The notes below the pieces were generated by a model. It saw nothing but the letters and a program-made list of their open reading frames with translations, did not search any database and was not told the DNA's origin. The translations under genes and the position numbers were made by a program. Source: Camelus ferus (lineage: Eukaryota). From it: DNA of 64,000 nt. The stretch is from contig NC_045697.1 in assembly GCF_009834535.1 (NCBI RefSeq), positions 106,022,001-106,086,000 on the forward strand. Direction: 5' to 3'. This document shows, one piece after another, positions 11,664 through 24,460 of this stretch (position 1 is the stretch's first letter; each line of letters starts with the position of its first letter).

Positions 11664-14049
11664 GTAGTTTAGAGTTTGCTTGCTCATGATAGACGACATT
11701 CTTTTGGCCAATTCTGCCTTCTCTCTCTCTCCTCACCTATATGCAGCCCCGTTTTGGATATGTGGGACAGGATTCTGCTGCATTTCTAGCGGGTAGCTAG
11801 AGGTGGGTGTTTCATCCCATCGGTCACCCGTGTACATGGGTGGAAGCTGCTCCTTGACTTCTGTGGTAAAAAAGATATACTTCCGACTCTCCCCTTGGTT
11901 CAGGAGCTAGTATGGTCTCGTTCAGATTTTTTGAGCCTGAGCGCTGCCCAGTACTCTACTCTGGTCCTTCCAGAGGGCTCTGGGAAAAGAGACAGTCACT
12001 TCGGAGAGGTCGCCAGGATGAAAGGAAGGTAACACCCCCTCTGGCCCAGGGCTCTCTGATTGTCCTTTTAAAGCCTTCTTTGAGTCACAAAGGAACAAAT
12101 ATCGCCCACGGCCACTGAATATGCAGCAACTAGATCTATCCAAACCAACTAGCATAACAAAAGACAAGGATGGAAGCACATAGCCTTGCTGGTTAGGCTA
12201 CTAACCAAGAAGGGCTTAGTGTAGCAAGGGCGGGAAGTACTAGTGCTTTAGTTTGAGAGGAGTTGCTCATAAACTTGCCAAGATAAAGATCCTTCGTCCA
12301 AGGCCTGTTTGCTTCCTAGCTGCTTTCTGATTCATAATACAACATGCATGGAACCGCGTCTTGTGCTCTCCTACCTGCTAAGCCCAGAAATTTACATTAA
12401 ATGAAAATGTCTGTTAAAATGCATTTTAGTTTATGGTGGCTGAGCTTTTGCAGTCTCCTGCACCAAGTAATTCTGAAATACTGGATGACTTTACTCTTTT
12501 CATAATTTTGTGGCTGCATTTAGCATTCTGAGCTTTAAAAAACACAGGTTAATTCTAGTGTTTGTATCACCCATTTCTTAACAAAAAGCAGCACATTTCT
12601 TCCAAAAAAAAAAAAAGTATTACACAATTCCCTAAATCCAAACTTATTTCTAGTGCTTGTCCTAGGCCAGATACAAAAACATTCCAATGGAAGCCAATCA
12701 CTTTTGGTGGCATTCTTTACATTTTGAATTCCTTGCTTTATCCCTGTAACTTCAATAGTTTCATTATTAAGTCAAAATGAAGGCCTTGGCAGCAAAGTCC
12801 TTTGAATGATGAACAAAGCAGGTTAATTGGACCCGTGCTAGCTTTTCTTAAGTCACAAATTATCATGAGTAAAAGAAATGGAAGTCTCATAATGCAAGAA
12901 GGAGAATGACATTGTTTTTATGTTCCCAGATGAATAAGCTAGGCTAAGAAAAAGTATCGTTCATGGAAAATCTCTAACAATAGTGAGACTTTTTTCCAAG
13001 AAGATTGGCTCCATTCTGAGCGTCTACCCCCGATGGCCACCACAGCGTCATCGGCATTTTTATGCAACATTCTGTCCTCCCCTCTTTTCCCCTGTAGTGG
13101 TGGACTCTTGTCCTCTGGTCCTTCTTGCCCTGCTTTTGGAGAGGAAGATGATTTTTCCGTGATCCCAGTGAGCTAAGGCTGTCTTTCAATGATCATCACA
13201 GACATTTTCCTTCCACTTCCCAGATTACCTCTGGCACTTCCTGAGCCAGCTTCTCCCACTGTGCAGCCTGCTCGCAGGATAAATTCCCTGCCATCAGTTG
13301 CTGTGTGGGCAGGAAATGCAAACTAATTTTAACCTTAGCTTAGCCAAACCATTATTAGAATCCTTCAACCCCAGAAAATAAATCATGCAGTAGAGGCAAA
13401 AAGGCAAGTAGGAAAGACACTCGGGGGAAGCATGGGGCTCTCTGGTGTTGGGGCTTATTCTAATCTCTGACTCTCTCCATGAACACCAGTCACTGAGAGC
13501 AGTCGATAGCGTTGCATATGTATTATTCTAAAGCACATGTCAGACAGACAATATTTATCTGGGTCAGTGAGCTCAATTGGTGTGGAGCTAATAAGGCCAA
13601 AAGCATGGGTTCTTTCCCCATAGAAACCAGGAAAATGAACTCAGAGAGAAAAACTAACCTATTCTACATTCACAAGTTGCACCCCCAAACCTGGCCAGAC
13701 ATCTCACAAGCTCATGCCTGTGGGTAACAAGTGGGGTGGGGGTGGGTGAGGGAAAACTGTGCTAACTGGAAACAAGTCCTATGCAAGTGTTTTAGAGTTG
13801 ATTCAAAGCTGAGGTCCTTCAGGAAGCAGATCAGGATTGTGATTAATTAGAAGGGTTGGAATTCATATGCCAGACAATACAGGCGTATAGATGCGTGTCA
13901 CTGCCACTTACTACAGAAAACTGTAAAATACTGTTACAAATGTACACATTGTTCTAAAGAATTGATCATGAGTTTTTGATGGTTTTCACTATTCTCAGGG
14001 TTTATCTGTTACATGTGAATCTGCTTCTTGGCCATGTAGGAAGACACTG

Positions 14050-14440
14050 TGCAGAAAAATCATCTACTTTGAAGTCAGAGACCTGAGAGCAAGTCCTGCC
14101 TGCATCATTTACTTCTTGCATAGCCTTGGACAAGATAGACTCTCTGAACCGTTTCCTTATAGTGCCTCTCTCGGTCCCTCATCGCGGGAGACAGCCCGCA
14201 CTCTGTCTATGGAGTGTGTATCCACTTTTACTTGAAGCTGAGTGCCCAACCCCCACACCTCGTGGCCTTTCTCTCACCTTCTGAAACAGCCTACATTCTA
14301 TGCAGTATGTATCTCTCTAAATAAATCTACCTTTACTCAAAAAAAAAAAAAAACTTCCTTATTTGCAAGAGAGCTGATTGGGAGGATTCAGAGTGATGAA
14401 GTCTGTAAAACTATGAACTTTGTGCCTGGGACATCATGAA
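14050..14440 (+). mobile_element. MIR SINE interrupted at 14160 by an LTR-derived insert
   Basis: 'tttgaagtcagagacctgag...ccttggacaag...ctctgaaccgtttccttat' resumes as 'ttccttatttgcaa...gggaggatt...gtgcctgggaca'. Confidence 0.8.
14161..14353 (+). mobile_element. Polyadenylated LTR fragment (processed ERV/LTR retrocopy)
   Basis: Similar to the reverse complement of 11100-11345. AATAAA at 14320-14325, A15 at 14339-14353, TSD ttccttat (14153-14160, 14355-14362). Confidence 0.85.
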
Positions 14441-16089
14441 CTCCGCACCAACGGGGATGTGTGCTTCTCATACATTACAGGATAGCACTTGAAAGATGAG
14501 CTGAGTGGTGTCAGGTTCATGATAGGAAATCAGTAAAGGTTAGTCCACGTCCTTCTTCCCTTGTTTGCCCAGTGTCTGCTGGTTTTCTGCAGGTGTCTCC
14601 CTTTCTTCGTTGTGCTGTGTTTCTTTCTCTTTGCGGGTCAGTTTCTGTCCCTGTCCAGGGCCTTCCTACTCCATGATTTCACAGAACAGGTGCTTACATG
14701 TCCTACTGTCACCTTCTCCTCTGCTCTGCACCCCACATGCCTTCATTCCTGCAGTGATTGTATCTCAAGGTCCTCTTTTCAGAGCAACTGCCCTTGCTAT
14801 TTAACATTCTCCAGGGGCTCACTCATTCGAAGATTTATTTATCCATCCAAACAATATATATTAGTGGTCTTGTTCAGGTCTTGCCAGGTGTGAAGCATTT
14901 ATTTGGAAAGTATAGGCTGCTTCATTTCCAGAAGGTTAAAAACTTGCCTCTCAGTAGACCTTTTATTTGTCCAAGAGCTGGATTCTATATTGGCACCACA
15001 TTCAACTTAGGTGAGTTAATTTTTTCCTCCCTTTTCTCCCCTCTAAATGACATTGACAGTGAGCTTAATGAAAATAAATTGGTGGGCATGGAAGAAATTT
15101 ATAATGAGCCTTAACTCTAGTCTCACATGTCCTGTTTCTCAAAGTTCAGTGTTGGTGCAGGGCGCTGATGCTGCTACGGATGTGACAGAAGCAGCCGAAA
15201 TACCCGGACTGAATTCTCCCGTGTGCTTCTAAGGCAGTGCTTTGGTTCACCTTCCAAGCTACTAAGGAAGAAAAATCTCATCTGCCTTCATTTGATATTT
15301 GAAATAGAAGGTGTCAGAGATCATGTCAACTCTGCTGTGGGAAACAGGTTCCTTTTTAATATTCAAGAAAATGCATCTGTGCGTAGAGTCAAAGGCCTTC
15401 CAAAACAATCCCACAAGAGCAGCCCACAATTCAAGTAACTTTGCCTGGTTTCTCCTTGTTCACTCCCAGCTGGCTCTGAGGACAGAGCCATTATCACTCT
15501 TTTTTTTCTTCCCCCTTTTTGCATGATGCACCGTAGTCAGATTTGCCATCTTCCGCTTTTGATTCGAGTATTGATCTGTTTGTCCCCAACTGTGATTTTT
15601 CTGTACATTGTGAACTTTGATGACCCACTCACACCCTTGTAGATATATCTGACCTGCATTTGTATTTCGTGTTAGTTTTGAAACCTATTGGTGAGAGTCA
15701 CAAAGAGACAAGATGTTGGCTGCAAGGATCTCTGTATGGAAGGCCCAGTCACAAGAACAGAGATCAATAACCTTCATTCTTCTACAGCAAAATCCCTGCA
15801 GAAGTATATATTTCTTTGAAGTCACTCTTGAATATGTTCTCCATTAGGGTCTAAGACAGATTACTCCTCACCCATTTCTTCATAATGTTGTCCTCCAATG
15901 CAAGCATCACTCTCAAGGAATTTTTTCTCAGTTGTCTTCCAAAGAATTCTTCTGAAAACTGAGAGCTGAAACATGGGGAGGAGGCTGTCTTTAGTATGGG
16001 CTGTGAGGCCAGGGGGTGGTTTACAGCTGAGGAGGGCATGTTGCACTGTTTTCTCACCGCTCTGCACTAAGGGTGGAAGACAAATGGTC

Positions 16090-16230
16090 AAGTTTATTCA
16101 TTCCTTAAACTAACATATTGAGCACTTGTAGATATAACTAAACACTCAAGACACAGAGATGAAGAAGACATTGTCCCTGCCCATCATCTATCACAGAGAC
16201 ACAGACAGATACATAAACAGGTCATAAGAC
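16090..16230 (-). mobile_element. L2 3' end
   Basis: 'ttattcattcc...catattgagcactt...gagatgaagaagacattgtccctgccc'. Confidence 0.7.
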
Positions 16231-18024
16231 AGAAAGGTTAATTTACAGATAATTGACATTTTTAACACTTCATTTCCTTATTATGTGCTTTTCAATACTA
16301 TTGAAATATTATACCTTTTGGGGTAGAGTTAGCATCACAAGTCTCCTACGTCTCATTATATCTTCTACCCACACTAGCTTCCCCTACCCACTTTCTGTTT
16401 TTAATTTCCTGTCTCTCCCCTAAGCCTCGGGCCCTCAATCAATCAGTTTCATCTAGTGTCCCTTTGATAAGCTGCAGGGGCAGCTTTATAATTTTCAGTT
16501 TGCCGCTGGCACCCAGGTCTCTGACTAAATATACTAAGACGTAAAGATCACTTGCAATGCTGTTGGTTGAATCTCCAATAAAATGATGCACTGGGATATA
16601 CTTGAATTGATGGCAAACATGGAAGTTTTTTATTGATACAGTCCCTTGAGTCAAGGACTCAAATTTTAAAACCAAATACACTTACAAGGAGGGTTATTAA
16701 TAGTATATTTATTCATTAATTCAAGCTGCCTTCGCAATTTCTTTCAAAAACCCATAGGAGCCAGAATACCAAGTATATTCCTTAAAAGGATTGTTTTTTA
16801 TTTTTTTAACCACTACAGAATGTAAAGGATCTCAATGAGTCAAACTAAACCCATGAATTTTCATAAAGTTGGATGTGTGTTTTCTCCCATAGAATATCAA
16901 GACCTGGCAAGTCATTTTTCTCTTCCCTTTCTCTGTACAAAATGAACTTATTAACAGTGATTACAATGATCAGAAGTGAGGTGTTTAACAGAGCTGACAT
17001 TTAGACACTCGTAATTAGGCTTGAAAGTTACCATATTATTGAGATGGATAGAAGTGACTGTCATTTTCCTCTTGTTCCAGTGGGTGCAGATCTGTGGGCA
17101 ATCGTGTATTACCAGAGGGAAGCTAAGAAGTCCATAAAGTTTAAAATAGGACCTGGTAGGAATCGCACAAAGGGCCAACCATTTTCAAAATCAAAGAGCC
17201 CCCTCTGGAGCCCTCTCTGATCTGTGCTGTCTCTGTGCAAGGTGGAAATTATTCTTTGCCTGTAAACCAACTACATGTGTTTGTGTGTCTGTATTTTTCC
17301 CTTTACTCCCCTTTAGTTATATCAGTATCTATATTTGCATCTATTTTTGTCTTTCCTTCAGCCTCTAGAAGAGACTGATTCTTGCTAAGGTGCTACCTAT
17401 GTAAGGAGTATTTCTGTGTGTTCCTTCTGTGTACCAAAATCCTAAGAGTAATTTTCAGCTGTAGCCCATGGTTTAAGCACCTATCTGTAAAAATAATAGA
17501 ATGAGTCTTTACTAAATCTTCAACCACAGAGAGATAGCTGTGGAATGAGAACTCCATACACCTTACTTAGGTTTAATTACAAATGAAGCCTGGTTCTAAT
17601 TTCAACAGCCAATCCAACCCTTCCTTCAGTTGGTGACATTCTTAGGTAAATTTGGCTAAAGAGATTGACTTTATTCTCTTTAAGGTTGAATCCTCTTCTT
17701 GGTTTTTCTGGCATTGCTTTGCCCCTGCATTAAAACATAAGTTCTATTAGGCAGGACTTCTATTTTGTTTACTTTGGAACTTCCTGTTCCTGGATGGTGC
17801 TAAATCTTGCTACTATTATGTGAACTGTCCCTCTGTGTCTACGATGGTAGTAACTCTGGACTATTCTGTGTAATTGTTGCTTGTGTCTTTTTATGTAGCC
17901 AACAAAGGAATTTATAAATATGAATTAAAATATATATATAGGCACATATGTGCCTAGCATATTACTCTTTCCTTTTTACTAACATTCCAACACTGTGTTT
18001 ATTCTAACTTTAAGAAGGAATTCA

Positions 18025-18109
18025 GAGGGGTGGAGGGTATAGCTCAGTGGTAGAGTATATGCTTAGCACACACAAGGTCCTGGGTTCAATCCCCAATACC
18101 TACAAAAAA
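18025..18109 (+). mobile_element. tRNA-derived SINE (camelid Vic-1 type)
   Basis: 'ggagggtatagctcagtggtagag' (A box) ... 'gggttcaatcccc' (B box), short A tail, 11-bp TSD aagaaggaatt (18012-18022, 18108-18118). Confidence 0.9.
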
Positions 18110-18179
18110 GAAGGAATTTATTTGGCATAGTAGGGAAATTTTTGACCTAAAAATAATTCCTACAATTTAGCAGCTGATA

Positions 18180-18330
18180 GTATGGGGCAAGATAATTTAC
18201 TTTTCCGAGGTTACATTTTCTCACTTGTTAAAATATAATGCCTATCCCACAAGTTGTGCAAGTTAAACATGATAATATACATGAAATGTATAGCACAGCG
18301 TTTGGCATCTAGTATACGCTCAATAAATGT
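18180..18330 (+). mobile_element. MIR SINE
   Basis: 'gggcaagataattta...atagcacagcgtttggcatctagtatacgctcaataaatgtta'. Confidence 0.75.
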
Positions 18331-18869
18331 TATCAGAGTGATGAAGTTCATCTCATTCTGTCTCTGAGATTGAGTTGCATGGCCCATGACAATTACAAGG
18401 TTATGGAATTGCTTGGAGACAAATAGAGAAAGCCTGGCCAGGGTGACTGACTGTGAGATCTTGTGTGAATGACAAAGCCTAATCAGCCAGAGCATAATTG
18501 AATTGCTTATTTTGGCTTTATTTAACAATCAGTTCTGCACAATTAGTCACTATCAATCTATTCAAAATTAATGGAGTGCCTGCTGGTGAAAGAGTATTAT
18601 GCAAGCTACGCCTTTATTATTTAAAATGCTACAGGGTGGTTTAAGGTAAATTCTAAATCAAGATGCCTTCTCCAAAACCCAACTTAAAATATTGGTTAAA
18701 AAAAATTGATCGTATCAAAGCAAGAAAAGTGGCTTTGCAGACAATACCCTGGTCCCTGAGTTCTAGGATTTATTTAAATGCCACTTACTCCTAAGTTATT
18801 TTCTCAGGAATATAGGACTACGTGGGCGTATGGAAAACAGGACTGGAATTATCTTTGCATATTTATTCA

Positions 18870-19612
18870 TTGTATTTATTTATTTATTTTTTATTGAGGT
18901 ATAGTCAGTTTACAAGGTTGTGTCAATTTCTGATGTATGGCATAATGTTTCAGTCATATATGTACACGCATATATTTGTTTTCATATTCTTTTTCATTAT
19001 AGGTTACTACAAGATATTGAATATAGTTCCCTGTGCTATCCAGTATGAACTCGTTTATCTATTATATATATAGTGGTTAGTATCTGCAAATCTCCAACTC
19101 CTAATTTATCCTTTTCCACCCCCTTTTCCCCCTGGTAACCGTAAGTTTGTTTTCTCTGTCTGTGAGTCTTTTTTGGTTTTGTAAATAAGTTCATTTGTCT
19201 TTTTTTAAGATTCCACATAAAAGTGATATCATATGGTATTTTTCTTTCTCTTTCTGGCTTACTTTGCTTAGAATGACAACTTCCAGGTCCAGCCATGTTG
19301 CTGCAAATGGCATTATTACTTTTGATGGCTGGGTAGTGTTCCATTGTATAAATATCCCAGAGCTTCTTTATCCAGTCATCTGTCAATGGACATTTAGGTT
19401 ACTTCCATGTATTGGCTATTGTAAACAGTGCTGCTATGAACAGTGGGGTGTGTATAGCTTTTTGAGTTAAGGCTCCCGCCAGATATATGCCCAGGAGTGT
19501 GATTGCAGGATCATATGGTAAGTCTATTTTTAGTCTTTTGAGGAATCTCCATACTGTCTTTCATAATGGCTGCAATTTCTCCAGCATTTATCGTTAGTGG
19601 ACTTTTTAATGA
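18870..19612 (-). mobile_element. Young L1 3' end including the ORF2 C-terminal remnant
   Basis: (ttta)n tail, 'ttgaggtatagtcagtttacaa'. ORF 19036-19386 begins TDDWIKKLWDIYTMEHYPAIK (L1 ORF2 C-terminus). Confidence 0.92.
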
Positions 19613-20129
19613 TGCTGATGTGAAGTCTACAAACCTCTGAAAATTAAATGAAAAAAAATGCTGGAAAGTTGCAGCTCCTCACATGATGCACTACTGAGTC
19701 ATGTCCTACAACTTTGTGAGGTTCTAGGGAGACTACTTGGATTTGACAGAAAGGGGTCCACATTTCCAAAGCTACCAGGCTGCTGGAGCTCACTGATGGT
19801 CCTTTCCTACAAGCATGCCTTTTCAGTTCACCGTGGTCCACCCTGGACCTATGTCTGCCTTTCTGGTGATATTCTTTGCCTCAAAGGCACTAGATTTGGG
19901 GATTCTATATCTACTCCCTGAGAGTGGAACAAAGTGACTCTACCCATAATTCTTCTGAATTGCTTCTAAATAAATCATGTCTCTATGATTTGTTAAGGAT
20001 TGAATGCATGAACTGGGGAAGACCAACACCTTATTTTGTTCTACCTGTTGCTTGTATCTGGCCCTTTTAGTTGCCTTATTTCTATCACTTACTTTTGCAA
20101 TGTTGCTATCAGTTTATTAGCAGTTTTAC

Positions 20130-20570
20130 TTGACAAATATTTGTATGGCACTGACTGTATGCTGAGCACTACCCTGAGAGTTTTACAACTGGTAACTCAG
20201 TGGTTCTCAATCAAGGGCAACATCTGCAAATAATTTTGGTTGTCACAATTTGAGAGGGGGTGTTGCTACTCCATCTAGTGGGTGAAAGAGAGGATGCTAA
20301 ATATTCTGTAATGCACAGGACGGCCCCTCTCCCCAAACCGAAAAGTATCTGGCCAGAAATATCAATAGCATCAGGGTTGAAAAACCCTCTAGTAATTTCT
20401 TACCTCTGTCACAGTCCTATAGAGCAGCTCCTATTCTTACTCTCACTTTACAGATGAGGAAAGTGAGACACAAGTTTACTAAGTGGCTCAAGCCCACACG
20501 GTTGATGAATGGCAAGCTGGTATGTAAGACCAAGTAGTCTGTGTATAAAATCCATGCTCTACCACCATCC
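20130..20570 (-). mobile_element. MIR SINE interrupted by MER20
   Basis: 'tatgctgagcactaccctgagagttttaca' ... 'ctttacagatgaggaaagtgagacac'. Confidence 0.8.
20198..20389. mobile_element. MER20 (hAT-Charlie)
   Basis: 'cagtggttctcaa...ggttgtcacaa...catctagtggg...aatgcacaggacggccc...ggttgaaaaaccct'. Degenerate 8-bp TSD tggtaact/tagtaatt. Confidence 0.9.
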
Positions 20571-21659
20571 CAGGTGACCTCTCTCTATAGTTTTTATACA
20601 AATTATTTTTACTATTTTGAAATCTCACCAGGAAAGACCACATTTCATCTCATCTCATTTCTTTACCTCCAGACCACAGAGCTTGGGTGATAACTGGCTT
20701 CGTTCGTGCTGTGCATCCTATCAGTGGATGTCCTGTTATCCTACTGGAGTGGGTGTGTCAGATGCAAGGAAGTCACTCCTCCCCTAAACTGGCCTCAGTC
20801 ACAGAACATCCTTAACACTACCCTGAAATCATTCAACCTTGTGGTCTCTTTGTCCTCCTTTTCATGACTCGTAGCCTCTTGACTACTTTAGAGTTAATTT
20901 ATGTATGTTTCAGAAGGTAGCTAATGGATAATGAAATTCAAATGAATCTATTCTATGACAAGCTGGCATCCCTGAAGAAGGTGTGAATACACAGGTTGGA
21001 AACATAGGAATAAAAGTAAAATCAGCCCACTATCTGCCCATTCTTTATAATAAGATTTCTTAGGTCTTCGTGTTTCTTTTGATACTCTAAGTTAAATATG
21101 AGTGTATCCTTTGATCTTTGCAAAAAACTGAATTGAAATTGCATAATAAATCCACCCTTATCTGAAAAAGTAAAGCAGAACTGGGTGTTCATGTCATCTC
21201 CTTGAGGTACTGTGTGGACATTCACTGAGAAAACACAGGATTTCCAAGCATGTATGAATCCTGCCAGAAAAGATCTGAAGGAAAATATATCTAAGTGTAT
21301 GTTTCATAAAAGCTACTCCTCAGTTTGCAAAACACTTGCTGTCCATCAAACAAAATGTGGGTGGACAGCCTTGATCTCAGTAAATCAAAAACAGGAGTGA
21401 CACTTAGGGTTCCTTCTAACTTTCCTCCACAGTGTTGGTTCCATATGATACTTTATATCTGCCTGGGTCTTCTGATACCATGTCGTGGATGGCCTGTGCT
21501 GTAGAATTTCCCAGTGTGACAGCTGGACCTAAATACAAGTCTCTTTTCTTTACAGCTCCCATTTCCATGCAAATGTCATTACCAACCTGGGCTTTGTGCA
21601 TGGATGCTGAAGGACTATGTACACAGAGGAACAGAAAAGAGGAAAGGAAGGAAACCAAT

Positions 21660-21910
21660 GAGAGGAAATGGGCCAAGGCTTGAGTTCTCCAGCACTCAGA
21701 AGGCAAAAGGAACCAGTAAAGAAGTAACAGAAGTCAATAGGATAAAAGAAAAACTAGGAGAATGCTATCTTCCAAAGGCCACCAGGAGAAGTATGCCAAA
21801 GTAGAGAGAGTAAACAATTGTCAAATATTGTGGGAGAGACTGAGTAAGATAGACTGGGGGTTGACAATTGGATTTGGCCATGTGGAAACCACCAAGAACA
21901 CTGACAAAAG
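21660..21910 (-). mobile_element. L2 fragment
   Basis: 'caattgtcaaatattg...gagtaagatagactgg...ttggatttggccatgtgg'. Confidence 0.65.
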
Positions 21911-22199
21911 AACCTGAGGGCCTTCTCTGTTGTAGGAAAGATATTTCAGAATGAAATAGAGACTCAGGAGCTGAGTTTAGGCATCCTGGCCAGGAAGGAC
22001 CATCCTGTATCTGAGATCAGCCCCTGCTCCTGGTGTCAGAGGTGATGCCAAGATAAGTGGGTCACAGGACTGGGCAGGACCAGGAGACTTGTTTACCTGA
22101 GGTGGCCAGAAGCAAAGTAATTCATGAGGAGAACTAACTCCATGACTGGGAAACCAGACCTGAGCACCAGTTAGAAGTGCATCTGTGTGTAGATCTTCT

Positions 22200-22730
22200 C
22201 ACCTCTGGTTCAAAGTGGTAAACTGCTTCTTGTCTTTGATTGCATCTGACATCACCTGCTCCAAGCTGTGCTGGATTGCCATTTCCTTCTTATCTTCTCA
22301 AGACTTCTGCTCCTTCCTGTACTCATCACCCATCTCTCTTTAATCTCTCTTTCTAATCTCTCTCATCTCTTCCAAGCTAATTTTATCAGCATACAAACAA
22401 GCTTCGTTATCTCCAATCACATGACAAAATAAAACAAGCAAACTTTACTCCACTCCAGGGATCCTTCAGCTCTTGCCCATTCATTTGTGCAAAAAATTTC
22501 AGCAAATTTTTCAGCAAGCAAAACCCTCTAGTAATTTCTTATCTCTGTCACAGTCCTGTAGAGTAGCTCCTAGTCTTACCCTCACTTTACAGATAAGGAA
22601 AAAATTTTCAGCAAAAAATTCTCCAAAGAGCTGTTTATACTCACTGTCTCCTCTTCCTCAGCTTCTCACATCTGCTTGGGATGTGGAAAGAGTTTGTTCA
22701 CAAGACTCCACAGAATAACTCTTGTTAAGT
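22200..22730 (+). mobile_element. L2 fragment hosting a templated insertion
   Basis: 'cagcatacaaaca...aaagagctgtttatactcactgtctc...ccacagaataactcttgttaag'. Confidence 0.6.
22520..22601 (+). repeat. 82-bp dispersed direct copy of 20381-20462
   Basis: Ungapped manual alignment, 76/82 identical. The copy spans the MER20/MIR junction. Confidence 0.92.
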
Positions 22731-22750
22731 ATTTTTTTTTTGGTCAATAA

Positions 22751-23072
22751 TTTTTTATTGAAGTATAGCTGATTTACAATATTATATTAGCAAGCTGAAT
22801 TCAGCAATGCATAAAAAGGATCATACACCATGATCAAGTGGGATTTATTCCAGGGATGCAAGGATAGTTGAATAGCCACAAATCAGTGTGATACACCACG
22901 TTAACAAAAGGGAAGATAAACATCATATGATCATCTCAATAGATGCAGAAAAAGCATTTAACAAAATTCAACATCCATTCATGATAAAAACGCTCATCAA
23001 AGTTGGTATAGAGGAAACATATCTCAACATAATAAAGGCCTTATATGACAAGCCCACAGCTAACATCATACT
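22751..23072. mobile_element. 5'-inverted L1 insertion: antisense 3' tip plus sense ORF2 RT fragment
   Basis: 22751-22790 is the antisense tip 'ttttttattgaagtatagctgatttacaatattatattag'. Sense ORF2 follows (ORF 22888-23079 [24 protein letters not shown]...YDKPTANII). Confidence 0.9.
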
Positions 23073-23730
23073 TTTTTAATAACCTCTGGCCAGAGGAGCA
23101 GGAGCTGATGTTAGATTCAGGATGTCAAAGAGTGTGGGAACCAGATAGCCCCTCCCACCCAGGATACTCAGACTCTGTTCCTGAATCTTGTTTTGCCCCA
23201 TTGCACAAAATATGCCCATGCTATTTCAGTGTTTTCTTGTTAGTCTAAGCCGATAATTTGGGAAAATAAATTTTGTCTTTACTTCCCTTTGAGAATTAGT
23301 ACCTTGGAACCAGTCACTGCTGGTCTATGTTCACATTTGCTGCAGAAGATAAAACAGAAAACATTGAATGTGGTCTTTGCCCTTTAACCACTGAAACTTG
23401 CTACCTACAGACCATCATTCTTCAGTTAAGCCAGACTGGTGACAAATAGCAAACTTACTAAGTCTTTATCAACCATGATTCTGAGGCCAAAATTCTAATT
23501 CTTTTTTGTGCTGTGTATCTTTGCTAACAGACATGCCTGTGCAGAAGCACCATGACCCTCATGTGGGTAAAGAAGATTCCAGAAGACCAGGACACTGGCC
23601 TGCTTCTCAGTTGGCTGGAGGAAATTTGTCTATCACAATTTTCCTCCAAATATAGTTATCATGTACCTTACATCATTTTGAGTTGACAGTCTCCATACAT
23701 TAATTAGAAGTAGTCTAAAAAATTCCACTG

Positions 23731-24460
23731 CAAATGTAATTTGGTGCAGTCACTATGGAAAACAGTATGGCGATTCCTTAAAAAACTAAAAATAGACTTA
23801 ACATATGATCTAACAACCCTACTCCTGGGCATATATCTGGAGAAAACTCTAATTCAAAAAGATACATGCACCCCAGTGTTCATAGCAACACTAACAATAG
23901 CTAAGACATGGAAGCAACACAAGTGTTCATCAACAGATGACTGGATAAAGACGATGCGGTACACACACATGTATATACACACACACACACACACACACAA
24001 ACTGGATAAAGAAGCTGTGTGCACACACACAATGGAATATTACTCAGCCATATAAAAGAATGAAATAATGCTATTTGCAACAACATAGATGGACCCTGAG
24101 ATTATTATACCAAGTGAAGTAAGTCAGACAAAGAAAGACAAAAATCATATAATATCACTTGTATGTAGAATCTAGAAAATGACACAAACGAATTTATTTG
24201 CAAAGCAGAAATAGACTCACAGACATAGAAAACAAACTTATGGTTACCAAAAAAGGAGGGGTGGGAAGGAAAAATTAGGAGTTTAGGATTTGCAGATACT
24301 AACTACTATATATAAAATAGATAAACAACAAGGTCCTACTGTATAGCACAGGGAAATATATTCAATATCTCATAGTGACCTATAATGAAAAGAATATGGG
24401 AAAGAATATATGTATATATGCATAACTGTATCATATGCTGTACATCAGAAACTAACATAC
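23731..24460 (+). mobile_element. Young L1 3' portion (ORF2 C-terminus plus 3' UTR) lacking the terminal poly(A)
   Basis: ORF 23741-24055 [17 protein letters not shown]...KDTCTPVFIA. The 3' UTR stops at 'cagaaactaacat'. Confidence 0.92.

Noticed and set aside
18025..18109. tRNA gene
   Set aside because: It has A/B boxes but a degenerate acceptor stem, an A tail and an 11-bp TSD, so it is a tRNA-derived SINE.
22888..23079. Reverse-transcriptase-like ORF as a novel RT/retron-type system
   Set aside because: It is a fragment of LINE-1 ORF2 ([16 protein letters not shown]) with no catalytic FADD motif and no intact context.
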